Shown here piece after piece: positions 12,136-24,700 of a stretch of 64,000 nucleotides of DNA. The number at the start of each line of letters is the position of its first letter. Position 1 is the first letter of the stretch. Made by a program: the position numbers and the translations under genes. The notes beneath the pieces are model-generated. The model saw only the letters and a list, made by a program, of their open reading frames with translations, was not told the DNA's origin and searched no databases. The DNA is from Octopus vulgaris. Lineage: Eukaryota. The stretch is taken from positions 45,570,001-45,634,000 of the forward strand of contig OX597815.1 of assembly GCA_951406725.2 (NCBI GenBank), given 5' to 3'.

Positions 12136-12774
12136 CACCGCTTTGATGGGTTTACTTGAAGAAACAAAGCCTACTACTTATTTTAAGCCTCGTACGTATT
12201 CTATCATTTCTTTTTGCCGAACCGCTAAGCTACGGAGACATGAACAAACCAACATCGGTTGTCATGTAAAGATGTGCAAACTATGCACAAGTTAAGAAAT
12301 GGTAGCGAGTGAAAATTTTGTCAAAAAGAATTATAATCCTATTTACAAATGCCTACATCCAAGTTTATATACCCTAATATTAGACCATTTTATGTTGTCA
12401 ATATACAGTGAAAAAGTATAATTGTATTTGCGAAATTTTCTTTAGTTAGGTTGCCTGATCAGAAGCACAAAAGGAAAAAAAAGAAGTAAAAGAATGGTAA
12501 TGGATTATTAGTTGGTGATTTAAACTCATTTTTCCTGCCCAGTAAAATGGAATGTAACCACATCCCGATGTACATAGTTTGCGACGAATTAAAATATGCG
12601 CTCAGGCAGGTGATGATGGAATCGCGACAGAAAAATGCAGGTCATTAAATATTGTTTCCCAAAAATTAGTGAGACCAAACATTGAATTAATGGTGTTTCC
12701 TTTCTTTGCAATAATGTTCTATTGTACTGTAGAGCATAACTATGGATTATCTACAGATTGTAGTAGAGAGCATA

Positions 12775-13408
12775 TTCCATATTCAATAGAGGAGGATGTG
12801 TTAATTAGTCAAAATGCTTCTTAAATTAGAGATTCATACCTATCATTCTTACATACTATGATTATATTCAGTTTGACGAGCCGAATATTTTTGTGGAAGA
12901 ATTTACACCGGAGCAGAAAGTCTAATTAAGACCTAATTAACGATCTAATTAAAGATTTCTTATTGGCTTCCAATACCTGGGATGTTTCTTAATTTCTTCC
13001 TTCCATGTCAACTGGGTCTAAGACATGTTTCTATGTTGCATTCATCACTTAGCTTGAAAACAGTTTTTCTGTATGTTTCTTCTTAATTAGTGTATAGTGA
13101 TTAGTAGAAAATGCTTCTTAAATTAGAAATCCATACTTAAAATGGTTCTTAAGTGACATGAACAGATTCAGTTGGGTTTAGTGAACATTTCTGCGAAGTA
13201 ATTGACGCTGGAGCAGAAAGTCTAACTAATTCCTAATTACGTGTCTAATTAAAACTTCTTAATTTGTCTTTAGATACCCGTTTTTTTTCCTTAAGTTTTC
13301 ATTTAAGTATCACTTGTGTTTAAGGACTAATATTCAATGTAATTCATTACTGGAGCTTAAAGTCTAATTAAAATAGTTATTTAGGCTAGTTGATTATCTC
13401 ATAATTAA
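12775..13408 (+). repeat. About 630-bp direct duplicate of 15441-16080
   Basis: Near-identical sequence read side by side; few substitutions and one poly-T length change. Confidence 0.93.
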
Positions 13409-14968
13409 TAGATATTTGCAGATTTGAATTGTTATATTAACAGTTATTGACTACAAAGTTCAAGAAACGTCGTTAGTTATGTAACGCAAGATATTTTCAA
13501 TAGGAAATTTAGAAGTACAAGCTAACATTTACCGGAAGTAAAAGAACAAAAAGATAACATTTCGAATCATCCCATCTGGAACTTGCCCATATATGTAAGA
13601 GTCTCTAAGATCAGTGTCCTTAACCAAAGATTTCTAGACATACCTTTACAAGTGTTCCCAAAATTCTTACTTCATAACTATCAGAAAAATGGATATCTTT
13701 AAACAGAATATTCTAGAAATACATTTCAGGTGAAGTAGATTATGAGTATTTATGGAATTTAATGAGAAAAACAAATTGGTGGGCGCGCATGCATGCATAC
13801 ATACATACATACATGCATTCATGCATGCATACATACATACACACACGCATATATATAATACTATAGGGATATAGACACATATGCATATATATATATATGA
13901 ATACATATACGTATATATGTACATATATATCCATAAATATATGAGTGTATATAAATATGTGTGTGCGCGCGCGTGCGTGTGTATACTCAGCATATACTAC
14001 GGTAACAGCGTTTTGATTCCTGGTTACTAGTTACTCCAGACTATACCTATTGATTTATTACCCAATGCTGTATGCAACAACGAATCTAAACAATAGATAT
14101 TTACAGTGTGTTCGTGGACATAAAAAGAGGAAACGGCTGTACACAAATTCTAATGCAAGTCGTCTCGAGAGTTCATAAGCAGCTGTGCACTCTTTTTAAC
14201 TATCTAAGAACATACGACTCATAAACTTAATATTTAGAGGCAAAGTAATGTACTTAACCCTTTCCTGGTAGCTACCGTATTTTCCAACGTTGCGTCCTCG
14301 AGGATGCACCCTAATTTTGACAAACAAAAATTTGAAAAAATAAATAAATAAATAAAAATAAATAAAATATAAAAAATAAGGTCCCGGCACTTCGGGTCTT
14401 GTTACCTTTACAGATGTAATGAAAAAAACACAAAACATCACTGTAACCTCCAGCACGCCATTTAAAATGTTCCTAGCATTTATTTTGGCTGTTCGTCTAA
14501 TACTTATTTGCTTTATCCCTTACGTTGGCTAACCGTGACTGTCTCCCGTTATGACCCCACACTCACGTCTGTAAAACTAACAAAAGGCAGCACTCACCTA
14601 CCTTACCAATTTGTTTCGTGGGACCGTCAGTACAGAGACATGGTATGGTAAGTTTACTCTCAAAGTTTACGCCTAGCGTTATGTACCCATTGTAATACTG
14701 TAACTACACTACAACAGGGATGAATTCAGAGGGGGGATAGGGAGGATGCAACCCCCACCACTAACCAAGAAACTTTTCAAATTTGACTGTTTTGTTTAAA
14801 TATGTATGATGGAAAACATATTTTTGAACCAGCAACAAACAACCCTTGAAGGGTTCAGCGTGAAAATTAATTTTTTCAATATTTAACATATTACACTGCC
14901 ATTTAATTGATCAATTGCAATGAATCAAACCTCAGACCCACACCCTATAGCAAACGTTATAGACTGAC

Positions 14969-16195
14969 AGCCAGTCCTGATTTGATTAGACTTGAAGCTC
15001 CAAAATACTGGCAAGGCACAATACGTGTACAAATGGTCCTAATACCATGAAACGTGATTATTAAGTATGCTTAGGTATGGATTAATTAATTATGAGATAA
15101 TCAACTTGCCTAAATAACTAATTTCATTAGCCTTTAAGCTCCAGTAACGAGTCGTTGGTTTCTAATAGCCAGTTTGCATTTATGTGACATTTTTGTCCAA
15201 GGGGCAAGTTGCCCTTTGTTGTAGTTTTAATCCATTTTTTCATTGTAACAGTTTCCATTTTTGTGAAGTTTGTGACGGACAAGTCACCTTTAAGAGAAAA
15301 ATTACTGCTTTAAAAATTAATTTTATTCGAATGAACGAAAGCGACATGCATCATGTGTTGACAGAAGTCAGCATCAGTAATGGAGGAAGGATTCCGATGC
15401 CATGCAATGGAAAATCAACATTTTTTTCAGTTAAAGGTTTTTCCATATTCAATAAAGGAGGATGTGTTAATTAGTCAAAATGCTTCTTAAATTAGAGATT
15501 CATGCCTATCATTCTTACATACTATGATTATATTCAGTTTGACGAGCCGAATATTTTTGTGGAAGAATTTACACCGGAGCAGAAAGTCTAATTAAGACCT
15601 AATTAACGATCTAATTAAAGATTTCTTATTGTCTTCCAATACCTGGGATGTTTCTTAATTTCTTCCTTTCATGTCAACTGGGTCTAAGACATGTTTCTAT
15701 GTTGCATTCATCACTTAGCTTGAAAACAGTTTTTCTGTATGTTTCTTCTTAATTAGTGTATAGTGATTAGTAGAAAATGCTTCTTAAATTAGGAATCCAT
15801 ACTTAAAATGGTTCTTAAGTGACATGAACAGATTCAGTTGGGTTTAGTGAACATTTCTGCGAAGTAATTGACGCTGGAGCAGAAAGTCTAACTAATTCCT
15901 AATTACGTGTCTAATTAAAACTTCTTAATTTGTCTTTAGATACCCGTTTTTTTTTTTTTCTTAAGTTTTCATTTAAGTATCACTTGTGTTTAAGGACTAA
16001 TATTCAATGTAATTCATTACTGGAGCTTAAAGTCTAATTAAATTAGTTATTTAGGCTAGTTGATTATCTCATAATTAATTAATCCATACCTAAGCATACT
16101 TAAGAATCACGTTTCGTGGTATTAGGACCATTTGTACACATATTGTGTCCTGCTAGTATTTTGGAGCTTCAAGTTTAATCAAATCAGGACTGGCT
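14969..16195. mobile_element. 1.2-kb non-coding element with about 180-bp terminal inverted repeats
   Basis: 14969-~15147 (AGCCAGTCCTGATTTGATT...) is the reverse complement of ~16017-16195 (...AATCAAATCAGGACTGGCT); no TSD seen. Confidence 0.8.
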
Positions 16196-17360
16196 CCTAC
16201 ATTATGTTCTGACTATATAGCTTAGGCAAGGTGGTGAACATTTTAAAAATATATATTTTCTTCAAAGTCAAAAATCCAGTAAATATTACTCATTGTGCCC
16301 CACCTACTCTTACTGGAAACTGTCGGGGTTTCCTCCGCTTTGCTTTTTTCACGCATTTCCAAACAATGAAAAGAAACTGTTTTAAAAGAAGAATTTTTAA
16401 AATCCATGTCGTTTAAATGTTGGTATCTCTACCCACCTCTCTCTCTCTCTTTCCTCCCCCCCTCTCTCTCTCTCTCTCTCTCTTACACACACACACACGC
16501 GCTCATCATGCCTTTGGAACAGCAACAACCACAAAATCCCAGAGTTAAGTATAGTGCGTGACGGGAAATTGATATGAGCAACGACGCCTTGTTTCACGTA
16601 CATACAACCAAGATGGTAGCAATTTGCAAGCGAATGGCCAAACGGATTCTGAGAACTTTCAGAACACAAAAATTACAAATAAAACCTCATTGAAATTAAC
16701 TGTAACGTATTTTCTGTTCGTTTTCCATAATTTTACTGAATTTTTCATTTCTTTTCAATTTGGTAATGTACTCTGCAATGAGAATTGGAAAAAAAATCGT
16801 GAATGTTTGAAGTTTCCCAAATTGATTTCATTCTTGTCTCTTCCATACCTGACAAACATCGATTTCTTTTTGCTAAACTGTACACTATGATAAAAATTTC
16901 TCTGGTGAACTCAACATCTATTTCGTTAATTTAAAAGTTTCTATCTTATTCATTTGGTATAGAACCGGAATGTAGCGAATAATAAACAAGTTATACTCTA
17001 CTTTAGAGTGCATTCTACCGCAGTATCCGTAGTCTACACTGTGAGATAACCTGGGTTAGGGTTTAAAGTTAGAGGTCAGAGTTAGACAGTATGCTAAAGT
17101 GGCACCTAAGTTACATATTCTTATACATAAAAAATGCCAATTTACATAACGTTTACAAGAAATTAATATTGACTTTCTACCGATTCAAGTTATATGCTTA
17201 GCAAGATATATGCAAATACATGACTTTGAAAGTGTTCGTCATTGAAAAAAAAATGTCCATCAGTATTACCATTGAACAATTGCGTGAGATGTGTCTTCAG
17301 ATTTTTGTTCCTTTCCAAACTTGATTTGTGGCTTAGTTAACAGAATACTGACTTATTTAA

Positions 17361-17454
<94 letters not shown>

Positions 17455-18028
17455 CACACACACACACACACACACACATGTTCCTATCTCATCACTAATG
17501 CTTTGTACGCTATATACTATATATGTTCAAATCAATGATCTAATCTCTCGGTTGAAATAGAGGTGAAAGGCAACTTGCACTTCTCATTATATAAAAGGGT
17601 TATGATATAATTTATATATGTAGGTCAATAACCAACATAACCTTCCAGTTACTTTATCTCTTTTATTCATTTTAACATTCAGCTTCAGTATAGAAATAAA
17701 AACCTCAGGAAAATATTTTTAGCATGACCTCTCTGTATATGAGTAAGCTCGTGAAATGTCTCTATATTTCAAAAAATGAAAAAGTGTCTATCTATATTGC
17801 AAAACTTACAAGCTCTCAACAAAATCATTTACAGTATAAAATAGTTTACTGGTGAATGATCTTGCGATTCTGAAATAATATATCGCAAAATGTAAACCTG
17901 CATTTTCATACTTTCAGAATAAGAAAAGTTTTTAAAAAGGGTAAAATGTATCAATATTTGATGAGTTTCACGATCCAGTTGTACGAGAATTTGATACAAA
18001 ATAGTCCTTTATTCTATTTTATTTCCAA

Positions 18029-18084
18029 GTAGCAGAGATATCCGGCGTTGCTCTGGATTAAAACCGCGTAGTTTGTGCGTGTGC

Positions 18085-18123
<39 letters not shown>

Positions 18124-18962
18124 TATTGCATAAACGACAATTTGAGTTTGGCACACCAAGTTGGACAGAATTATTATTTTTATAAGAATGGGATGGATCA
18201 TATGTGAAAGCAGCTCAAAGTTTTGTGAAGAACGAATTTGTACGTAGTTTGTTTCGGAGAGCTATTCTATTGGACCTCTGTGTAATCAGGCTTGCTAAAC
18301 GTTGTTTTAATGATTCAGCATCAAATGCTGCAGCATGCCTTTGCTGATCTTGAGAAAGTCTCATCTCCCTTCTGTCTTGAGATTCAATTTGATGTGCTGC
18401 GGCATGCCTTTGCTGATATTGAGAAAATCTCATGTCTCTTCTGTCTTCATACTCCATCAGACGTGTTGCAGCACGCTTTAGTTGATGTTGAGAAAGTCTC
18501 AGCTCCTTTATCTCTTGAGACTGTATTTGACCTGCTGCAGCATGCATTTGCTGATGTTGAGAAAGTCTCATGTCCCTTATCTCTTGAGACTCTCGCCTTC
18601 GATTTTCTGCACTCTTCCTTGCTTTGTATGTGTTTCTGGACAGATTACTTTTTACCTTTGGAAGCATTTTTTCTATATCTTAAACAAAAAATTATTTACA
18701 TCGAAAAAATATACATTAATCTCTATTTTTGTAAGCAGTTGTATGTATATAGTTTGTTTATATTTTTGTATGCAGTGTAAAGTAACCAAATATAAGCAAA
18801 TTGTAAATACTTTGCAACCTTGCAACTGCTGCGATAATTATGAACTGTTAATGGAACGGTAGATGTGTATTTTCTATATAACTTAGACCTTTCACGTAAT
18901 TGATTTTTTTCTAGAGTTTATGTAGATGTTTGTGTGTGTTTAATAACGTAGGTAACGGGCGC

Positions 18963-19029
<67 letters not shown>

Positions 19030-19420
19030 CAGACAAACAGTCATATAAAAAAATGTGACGATACGCACACATACACTCTCACATACAGACATACATATGG
19101 TAAGAGAGACATATATAGACATACATTCATGCATGTCAGTCGTCACATGTGTATATGTATGTGTAGATGTTTGTGTGTATGTTTAATAACATACCTATTG
19201 CGGAAACACACATACACTCAGAGACACATACATACTCATATATGTGACGTCGTCGTCGTCGTCGTGGTTTGAAATATGCTTTACTATCTTGTGCACATTT
19301 AACACATAAATACACACACAAAATTGAAAGAATAAAAGTGAAGGGATATTACACAACGGTTTTCGATGAAGGGAGAAATGTAAATAGTGAATTTAAATAG
19401 ATGGAGTGAAGAAAATTTTA
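18029..19420 (-). mobile_element. Internally deleted Helitron with an STPR-like repeat ORF (18215..18667)
   Basis: Helitron-like 3' hairpin and CTAC end at 18029-18057 on the minus strand; four 23-aa repeats ESQEIRDMRLSQHQQ.HAAA..I; upstream part homologous to 29385-29880. Confidence 0.7.
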
Positions 19421-19607
19421 AATAAGTAAAGTAATGTTGTAGGGAGAACGTACAAATAGCGAGAAGACAAAAGTATTTACGCGCGACAAAACTGAAATGC
19501 ACTGAAGTCAATTTTTATGGGAGCAACATTCCAGCGAACCGCGACATTCGGGTGAATGATGAATAGTCTCACTACAACCGTTTTCAATTGACAATCCTTT
19601 CAATTAT

Positions 19608-20475
19608 TGCAATATTTAGATAACTTATTTACTTTATTCGTCAAGTTACAACGAAAGCAGTCCAGCATTCAAAGTAGAAGCCATTATGTTGCCCCGTCTG
19701 AATTCATCTTTCTGCTATTTCTTTGATCCCACGCTGATACCAGTTCTTATCTTTCGAGGTGAAGAACTCCTTCACTGGAGCTTCCACCTCCTCTTAGTTT
19801 ATGAAGCAACACAAACGCAGAAGTGAGCCCTGGGTCGGAATAAGCAATAATGCGAAGGATATGTTCTGGACCATGTGCCGAGTGTGGCATCAATTCGATT
19901 TCCTCAAGTTTCTGGAGATTATTCCGGGTCGTTCGAGCGGTATGGGGTCTTGCGTTGTCTTGCTGCAGAAAAGCTCGTTTTCTCTTAATCAATACCGGGT
20001 ATTTTTGCCTCACAAGAGCATACATCCGCTCCAGCTGCTCGGAGTACAGGTTGGCATTGATGGTTCGACCGCCCGGAACGAACTCATAATGACTTGTCCC
20101 CTCATAGTTCCACCAGACTCAGAGCATCCCTTGTGTTCGAAACGCTCGTGTTTGGTGGCACGTTCTTGCTTAACCACTGGTTCTTACTTAACCACTAGTT
20201 TATGCACGTCAGGATTGCAGAAAAATATCTCCCTCGGATTATTACTTGTTCCGATCCGTGACTCACTTCCTGTGCTCCGACATTTGAAGTGGATGCTTCA
20301 GTAAAGTTCTTCGCCTCGAAGGACAAGAACTGGTATCAGCATAGGATCAAAGAACTTACAGAAAAATGGCTTCAGACGGTGCATCATGATGGACTCTACT
20401 TTGAATGCTAGACTGTTTTTGTTGTAACTTGACGAATAAAGCAGTTACCAAAATATTGCAAAACTTTTGACTTGT
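19608..20475 (-). mobile_element. mariner relic with its 3' end duplicated in inverted orientation
   Basis: LQQDNARPHTA motif in ORF 19747..20025; 19608-19790 is an inverted copy of about 20288-20461. Confidence 0.85.
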
Positions 20476-21874
20476 AGCATAGCGAAGACAGGTGAATTAC
20501 GTCCCTTTGATGGAAAAGTCCACCAGGTGGCGTGGCAGCAGACACCTATATGTTCCAGCGTTTTGCGCTCTCTTCCTCTCTCGCCATTTCTCAACCAAGG
20601 AGTACTAATCTCTCTTCTGCCTATGGCTACAGACCCCATGTGATTACCGTCGTTCTAACGACGTCTGCCTAAGCCGACTTCTTATCACCATTGCTACAAT
20701 GACTTCTACTTAATAGATTGCAGACCACCATTTTCTCCTGTTTTAACATGATGACTTGTTCAGCAACGAATTCTATTTCCACAAGGAAATTTGCTGTAGT
20801 GTTACCAACTTCGCTGGCACCTGTCACACAATAAGTCCAAGCCGTGAACGGAATATATTTTCTGACTAAACCACATTAACTTTTCTGTTACCTTTACAAT
20901 TTTGTCTAACAGCTAATTAGCTCTTACTTGTCATTCAAAAGAAGCTCAAGGCACGTGGATATTCGATTTCATATCATGTAAAAGCTGTGTTTGTCCCATC
21001 CTTTCTAAATAAAATGTATTTATTATGGTAAACAGCCTTCATCTTTTCCTACACACTCAACACGCTAAAGACTCAACACAATACTATACATTTACTTACG
21101 TTTACAGAACTATCATCAATTTACCCATATCTTTACGATGCCTCAACATGATTTAATAATATGGAATAAAATAGGATTACATCTAAATCCGAAGAAACTG
21201 ATGATGGTCTGCGCCGACAAAAATCCGTCAACAGGCTTTGAAGAATAGTAAAATTTACTGAGTAGAAAATGTTTCGCATTATGGCTCTTGATATGAAAAT
21301 TATGAAATAGTGGGAAAATTGAAGTTGGCGGATTAAGTGAGAGAGGAAATACTAAGAAAGAGGTGTGGTATGTGGGTGAGGAAGACAATAGTCAAAGTTG
21401 GACAAGAAAATATATACATCCTTACATCCTTGAAAAACCCACAATAAACGATACAACTAAAATGACATGTTAAAGTAATGCTGAGAGTGAGATGGAAAAA
21501 GGAAACAACGTCAAATAGATATACAGGCACGATAGTTAAAGTTTTGTTGGTGGGGAGAGAAGAGTGGCAGTGTAAGAGCAGCGGTAACGTGATATAACGT
21601 CAGAGGTGAAGATATATTTGTAAATTATTCATACACACAAACTTATGCGCAAATAAAGCACCCCACCATATATTATACTAAATCTCAAAGTTTGGCTGTC
21701 TGTCTTCCTGCCCTTCAATTAATATGATTAAAGATTACAAATAAAATAATAATTTCTCCCTTTAAGAAAAACAAAACAAATGAAGTTGAAAATGTCGGTT
21801 TGCGGCAGCAATCAAAGAGTTGTCGCAGATAACACCGCCCTTCCTTTTTCTTATTTTCGTTTTTCTTTCCTTAA

Positions 21875-22160
21875 TCTTTATATATAAAACTGAAGTTATG
21901 TGAGAGTCTGTCTCCTCCGATTTAGATTCCTAACTACTCCCACATTTTGCGGTGCAGTTTAACCAAAAGCGGGTATCTTATAGTCGTGATTCATATCGAG
22001 GCCCTTCTGGGTATTAGCGCGCGTCTACGATGAGTCGACGATTAAAAAAAATTTACCATCATTTTTTCGTTTTTTTAATGCATTTTTTGCTCGGTTTATA
22101 TAAGGGAAGTATAGTGATTTCCCTTATTCAAACCCGAGCAACGCCGGGCGATACTGCTAG
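21875..22160 (+). mobile_element. Non-autonomous Helitron (different 5' subfamily, same 3' end)
   Basis: A|TCTTTATATATAAA ... CCCGAGCAACGCCGGGCGATACTGCTAG|T. Confidence 0.88.
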
Positions 22161-22369
22161 TCGTTTATACAACTTTTTTGTATCACGAGTACTTGATTTT
22201 TTTTTTCTTAAAGGGGAAAATTACTATTTTATTTAAAATAAAATATTAGCCTTTATCATTTTAATCAAAAGGCAGAAAAACAGAGAAACTATTTCTTTGT
22301 AGACGAAGATCAGTTGCAATTGGAGGAGTCGAATCTCATAAGAATGGAAAAACAAGCAACAACAAATGG

Positions 22370-22939
22370 TTTGTACCTTATAATGAAACTCTTAAGAGCA
22401 TTCAAATGCCACTGCAACGTTGAAATCATTGCCTCAATTAGGTCAATTAAGTACGTCATCAAGTACATGCTGAAAAGAAATGACCAAGCTGCTGTTCAAA
22501 TAAACAATGACAACAAAATTAGTCGATATCTAATGGGTAGGTATATTGAACCATCCGATGCAGTTCCGGCCATTTTAGGATTTTCAATTCATGAAAGAGT
22601 CCATGCAATAGTGACGCTGCAAGTTCATCTACCAGATGAACAAAGAATATTGCTCAGAAAAAATGAGGATATATATATGAACGACAAATGGCGCCTCATT
22701 GAGAACAACATTTACAGATGACAAATGAGAACAACATTTACAGAATTCTTTTCATTGTGCATCAGTGATGACTTTGCAAAAACATTACTTTATGGCTGAA
22801 GTACCCATGTATTTCACTTGGAACAGTTGCAACAAAAAAAAAGTTGCAAGAAGAAAGCGAGGAAAAGAAGTTGAAGGTCATTTGAACGTTTTCAAAGATG
22901 AAACACTTGATTGTGTTTATGTTGTCCCACCAAGGATAC
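22370..22939 (+). mobile_element. Helitron Rep/Hel protein fragment (pseudogene)
   Basis: CHCNVEIIASIRSIKYVIKY.LK (Rep catalytic tyrosine motif), GRYI...A...GFSIHER...LQVHLPDEQR, EVP.YFTWN; frameshifted. Confidence 0.9.
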
Positions 22940-23398
22940 TGTGGTAAACTGTCAGGAAGATCGTTTCTGCTCGGACCGAGCAGGCTTTATCCGTCTCCTT
23001 TTTAACACCATCTTTTAGCCTGAAAAAGGGTTGTTGTGGAAGTTGTTTAGTCGCTTGTATCGAGGTGGTCAATAACAATATATTGTGAACGTCTGAGGCG
23101 CCATTGTCACAATGGATAGCTTTATCGCCATTGTTGTGGTGTGCTTGTTAGTAATGTATAGTAGTGATGTGGGGTACTATTTAAGAAGAGTGGTCCCGGT
23201 GCGCGTACTCGCGCATCCGCGCTAGCTAGTCGTGACTAGTCGATCCTTACTTTGTGTTTTTGTGTTTTATTTACTTTGCTAGGTAGTCGTTGTAGGATCG
23301 ACTAGTCACGACTAGCTAACAAAGGTGGCTCACTTGTGATGCCTAACTGAGTATCTAGCGGTTAGGGTTCAAATCACTATAGGGTCATTGACACTACA
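22940..23398 (+). mobile_element. Probable solo LTR (459 bp)
   Basis: TGTGGT...ACTACA termini; flanks ATAC/CTAC (3 of 4 match); TATA-like TATTTAAG near 23178; abruptly truncates the Helitron ORF. Confidence 0.55.
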
Positions 23399-23460
23399 CT
23401 ACCTCCTTTGACTTTGCCATTAAAAAAGAAAGAGAGTGAGAGAGAGAGAGAAAAGGTACT

Positions 23461-23966
23461 AAGCATGGGTGTGTGGTAAGAAGTTTGCTTCCCAACCACA
23501 TGGTTCCTGGTTCGGTCTCACTGCGTGCCACCTTGGGCTAGAGTCTTTTACTATAGTCTTGGGCCGATCAAAGCCTTGTGAGTGGATTTGGTAGATGGAA
23601 ACTGAAAGAAACCCGTTATATATATATATACACAGGCGTGTTTTTTTTATATAGGCGGGGTTAGGGTTAGGGTTAGGGGGGAGAAAAGGGTTTCTGTTAT
23701 CTTTAGAAATGTAAACAAAGTCACGTATGTACCTATACCGAAGCATCGCCATATATACATACATGCACATATGTGAGTCTGTGTGTTTGTCTCCCATATT
23801 AATTGACGACCGGTGTTGGCGTGTTTACGTCACCATAACTTAGCGGTTGGGCAAAGAATGGATAGAATAAGTACCAAACTTTAGAAAGAAAATCGACCGA
23901 AAAAAACTTCAAGGCGGTGCCCTAAAATGGCTGCAGTCTAATGACTCAAACAAGTAAAAGATAAAA
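23461..23966 (+). mobile_element. CORE-like SINE interrupted by a (TTAGGG)3-containing fragment
   Basis: Homologous to 8505-8897; foreign insert at about 23632-23750. Confidence 0.8.
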
Positions 23967-24109
23967 AATAAAATATAACCGAAAATAATGGAATGTTGAA
24001 AAAGTTTAAAAGTTTGGTTTGCTGGGAATTTAAAACTTTCTTCAGCATTAGCTCGCAAAATAATAGGGAATCATTCAATTAACATCGGTATATTATATTT
24101 ATTTATTGA

Positions 24110-24367
24110 CTGATCGTGAAAAAAAACAACGTCCGACGAATTTTAAATGTAAATATTTGATACAGCAGACTGACTATCGTATCGTGTCTGCTGGCGTACA
24201 CTCGTTTACAACAATTCCCTCCAGATTGGTTATTAATAATAAAAATGATATGATAAAACTTTAATGCATTTTAAACTCTTCAAATAATTTTGAAAATTCA
24301 TTTAAACGGTTTTTGTAGACAAAGAGAAATATTACTTTTTACGACATTAAGTTTGATTTTTGGCACG
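24110..24367 (+). promoter_or_regulatory. Probable ACTR6 promoter and 5' UTR
   Basis: Unique, CpG-retaining sequence directly upstream of the ATG; reverse CCAAT (GATTGG) near 24224; the TSS cannot be placed from sequence. Confidence 0.45.
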
Positions 24368-24438
24368 ATGGCGGTAGTTGTTCTAGACAACGGTGCCGGT
24401 TTTTCCAAAATAGGATTTTCCACTGATGAACAACCAAG
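24368..24438 (+). CDS. ACTR6: ACTR6 coding exon 1 (MAVVVLDNGAGFSKIGFSTDEQP-R)
   Basis: ATG at 24368; actin-family phosphate-1 motif VLDNG; donor AG|GTATTA at 24439; 71 nt, ends in phase 2. Confidence 0.95.
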
Positions 24439-24636
24439 GTATTATCTCCAAAGTACTTCATGCATTTATTTTATTCAGTGCATTACATTTCCCTTTTTTT
24501 TTTCAAACTTTGTATTATATTAATCGAAATTATTTAGAGTTCACTAATTGAAATCCACTCACGTGGCTCCATCGTCTTTTGTTTATATCTACATCTGTCT
24601 ATCTATCTATCTATCAATTTATCTATCGCACACACA

Positions 24637-24700
<64 letters not shown>

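Noticed and set aside
23655-23680. (TTAGGG)3, plus degenerate copies near 17053-17085, as interstitial telomere or telomerase RNA template
   Set aside because: Only three units, embedded in a repeat fragment within a SINE; no telomerase RNA architecture visible.
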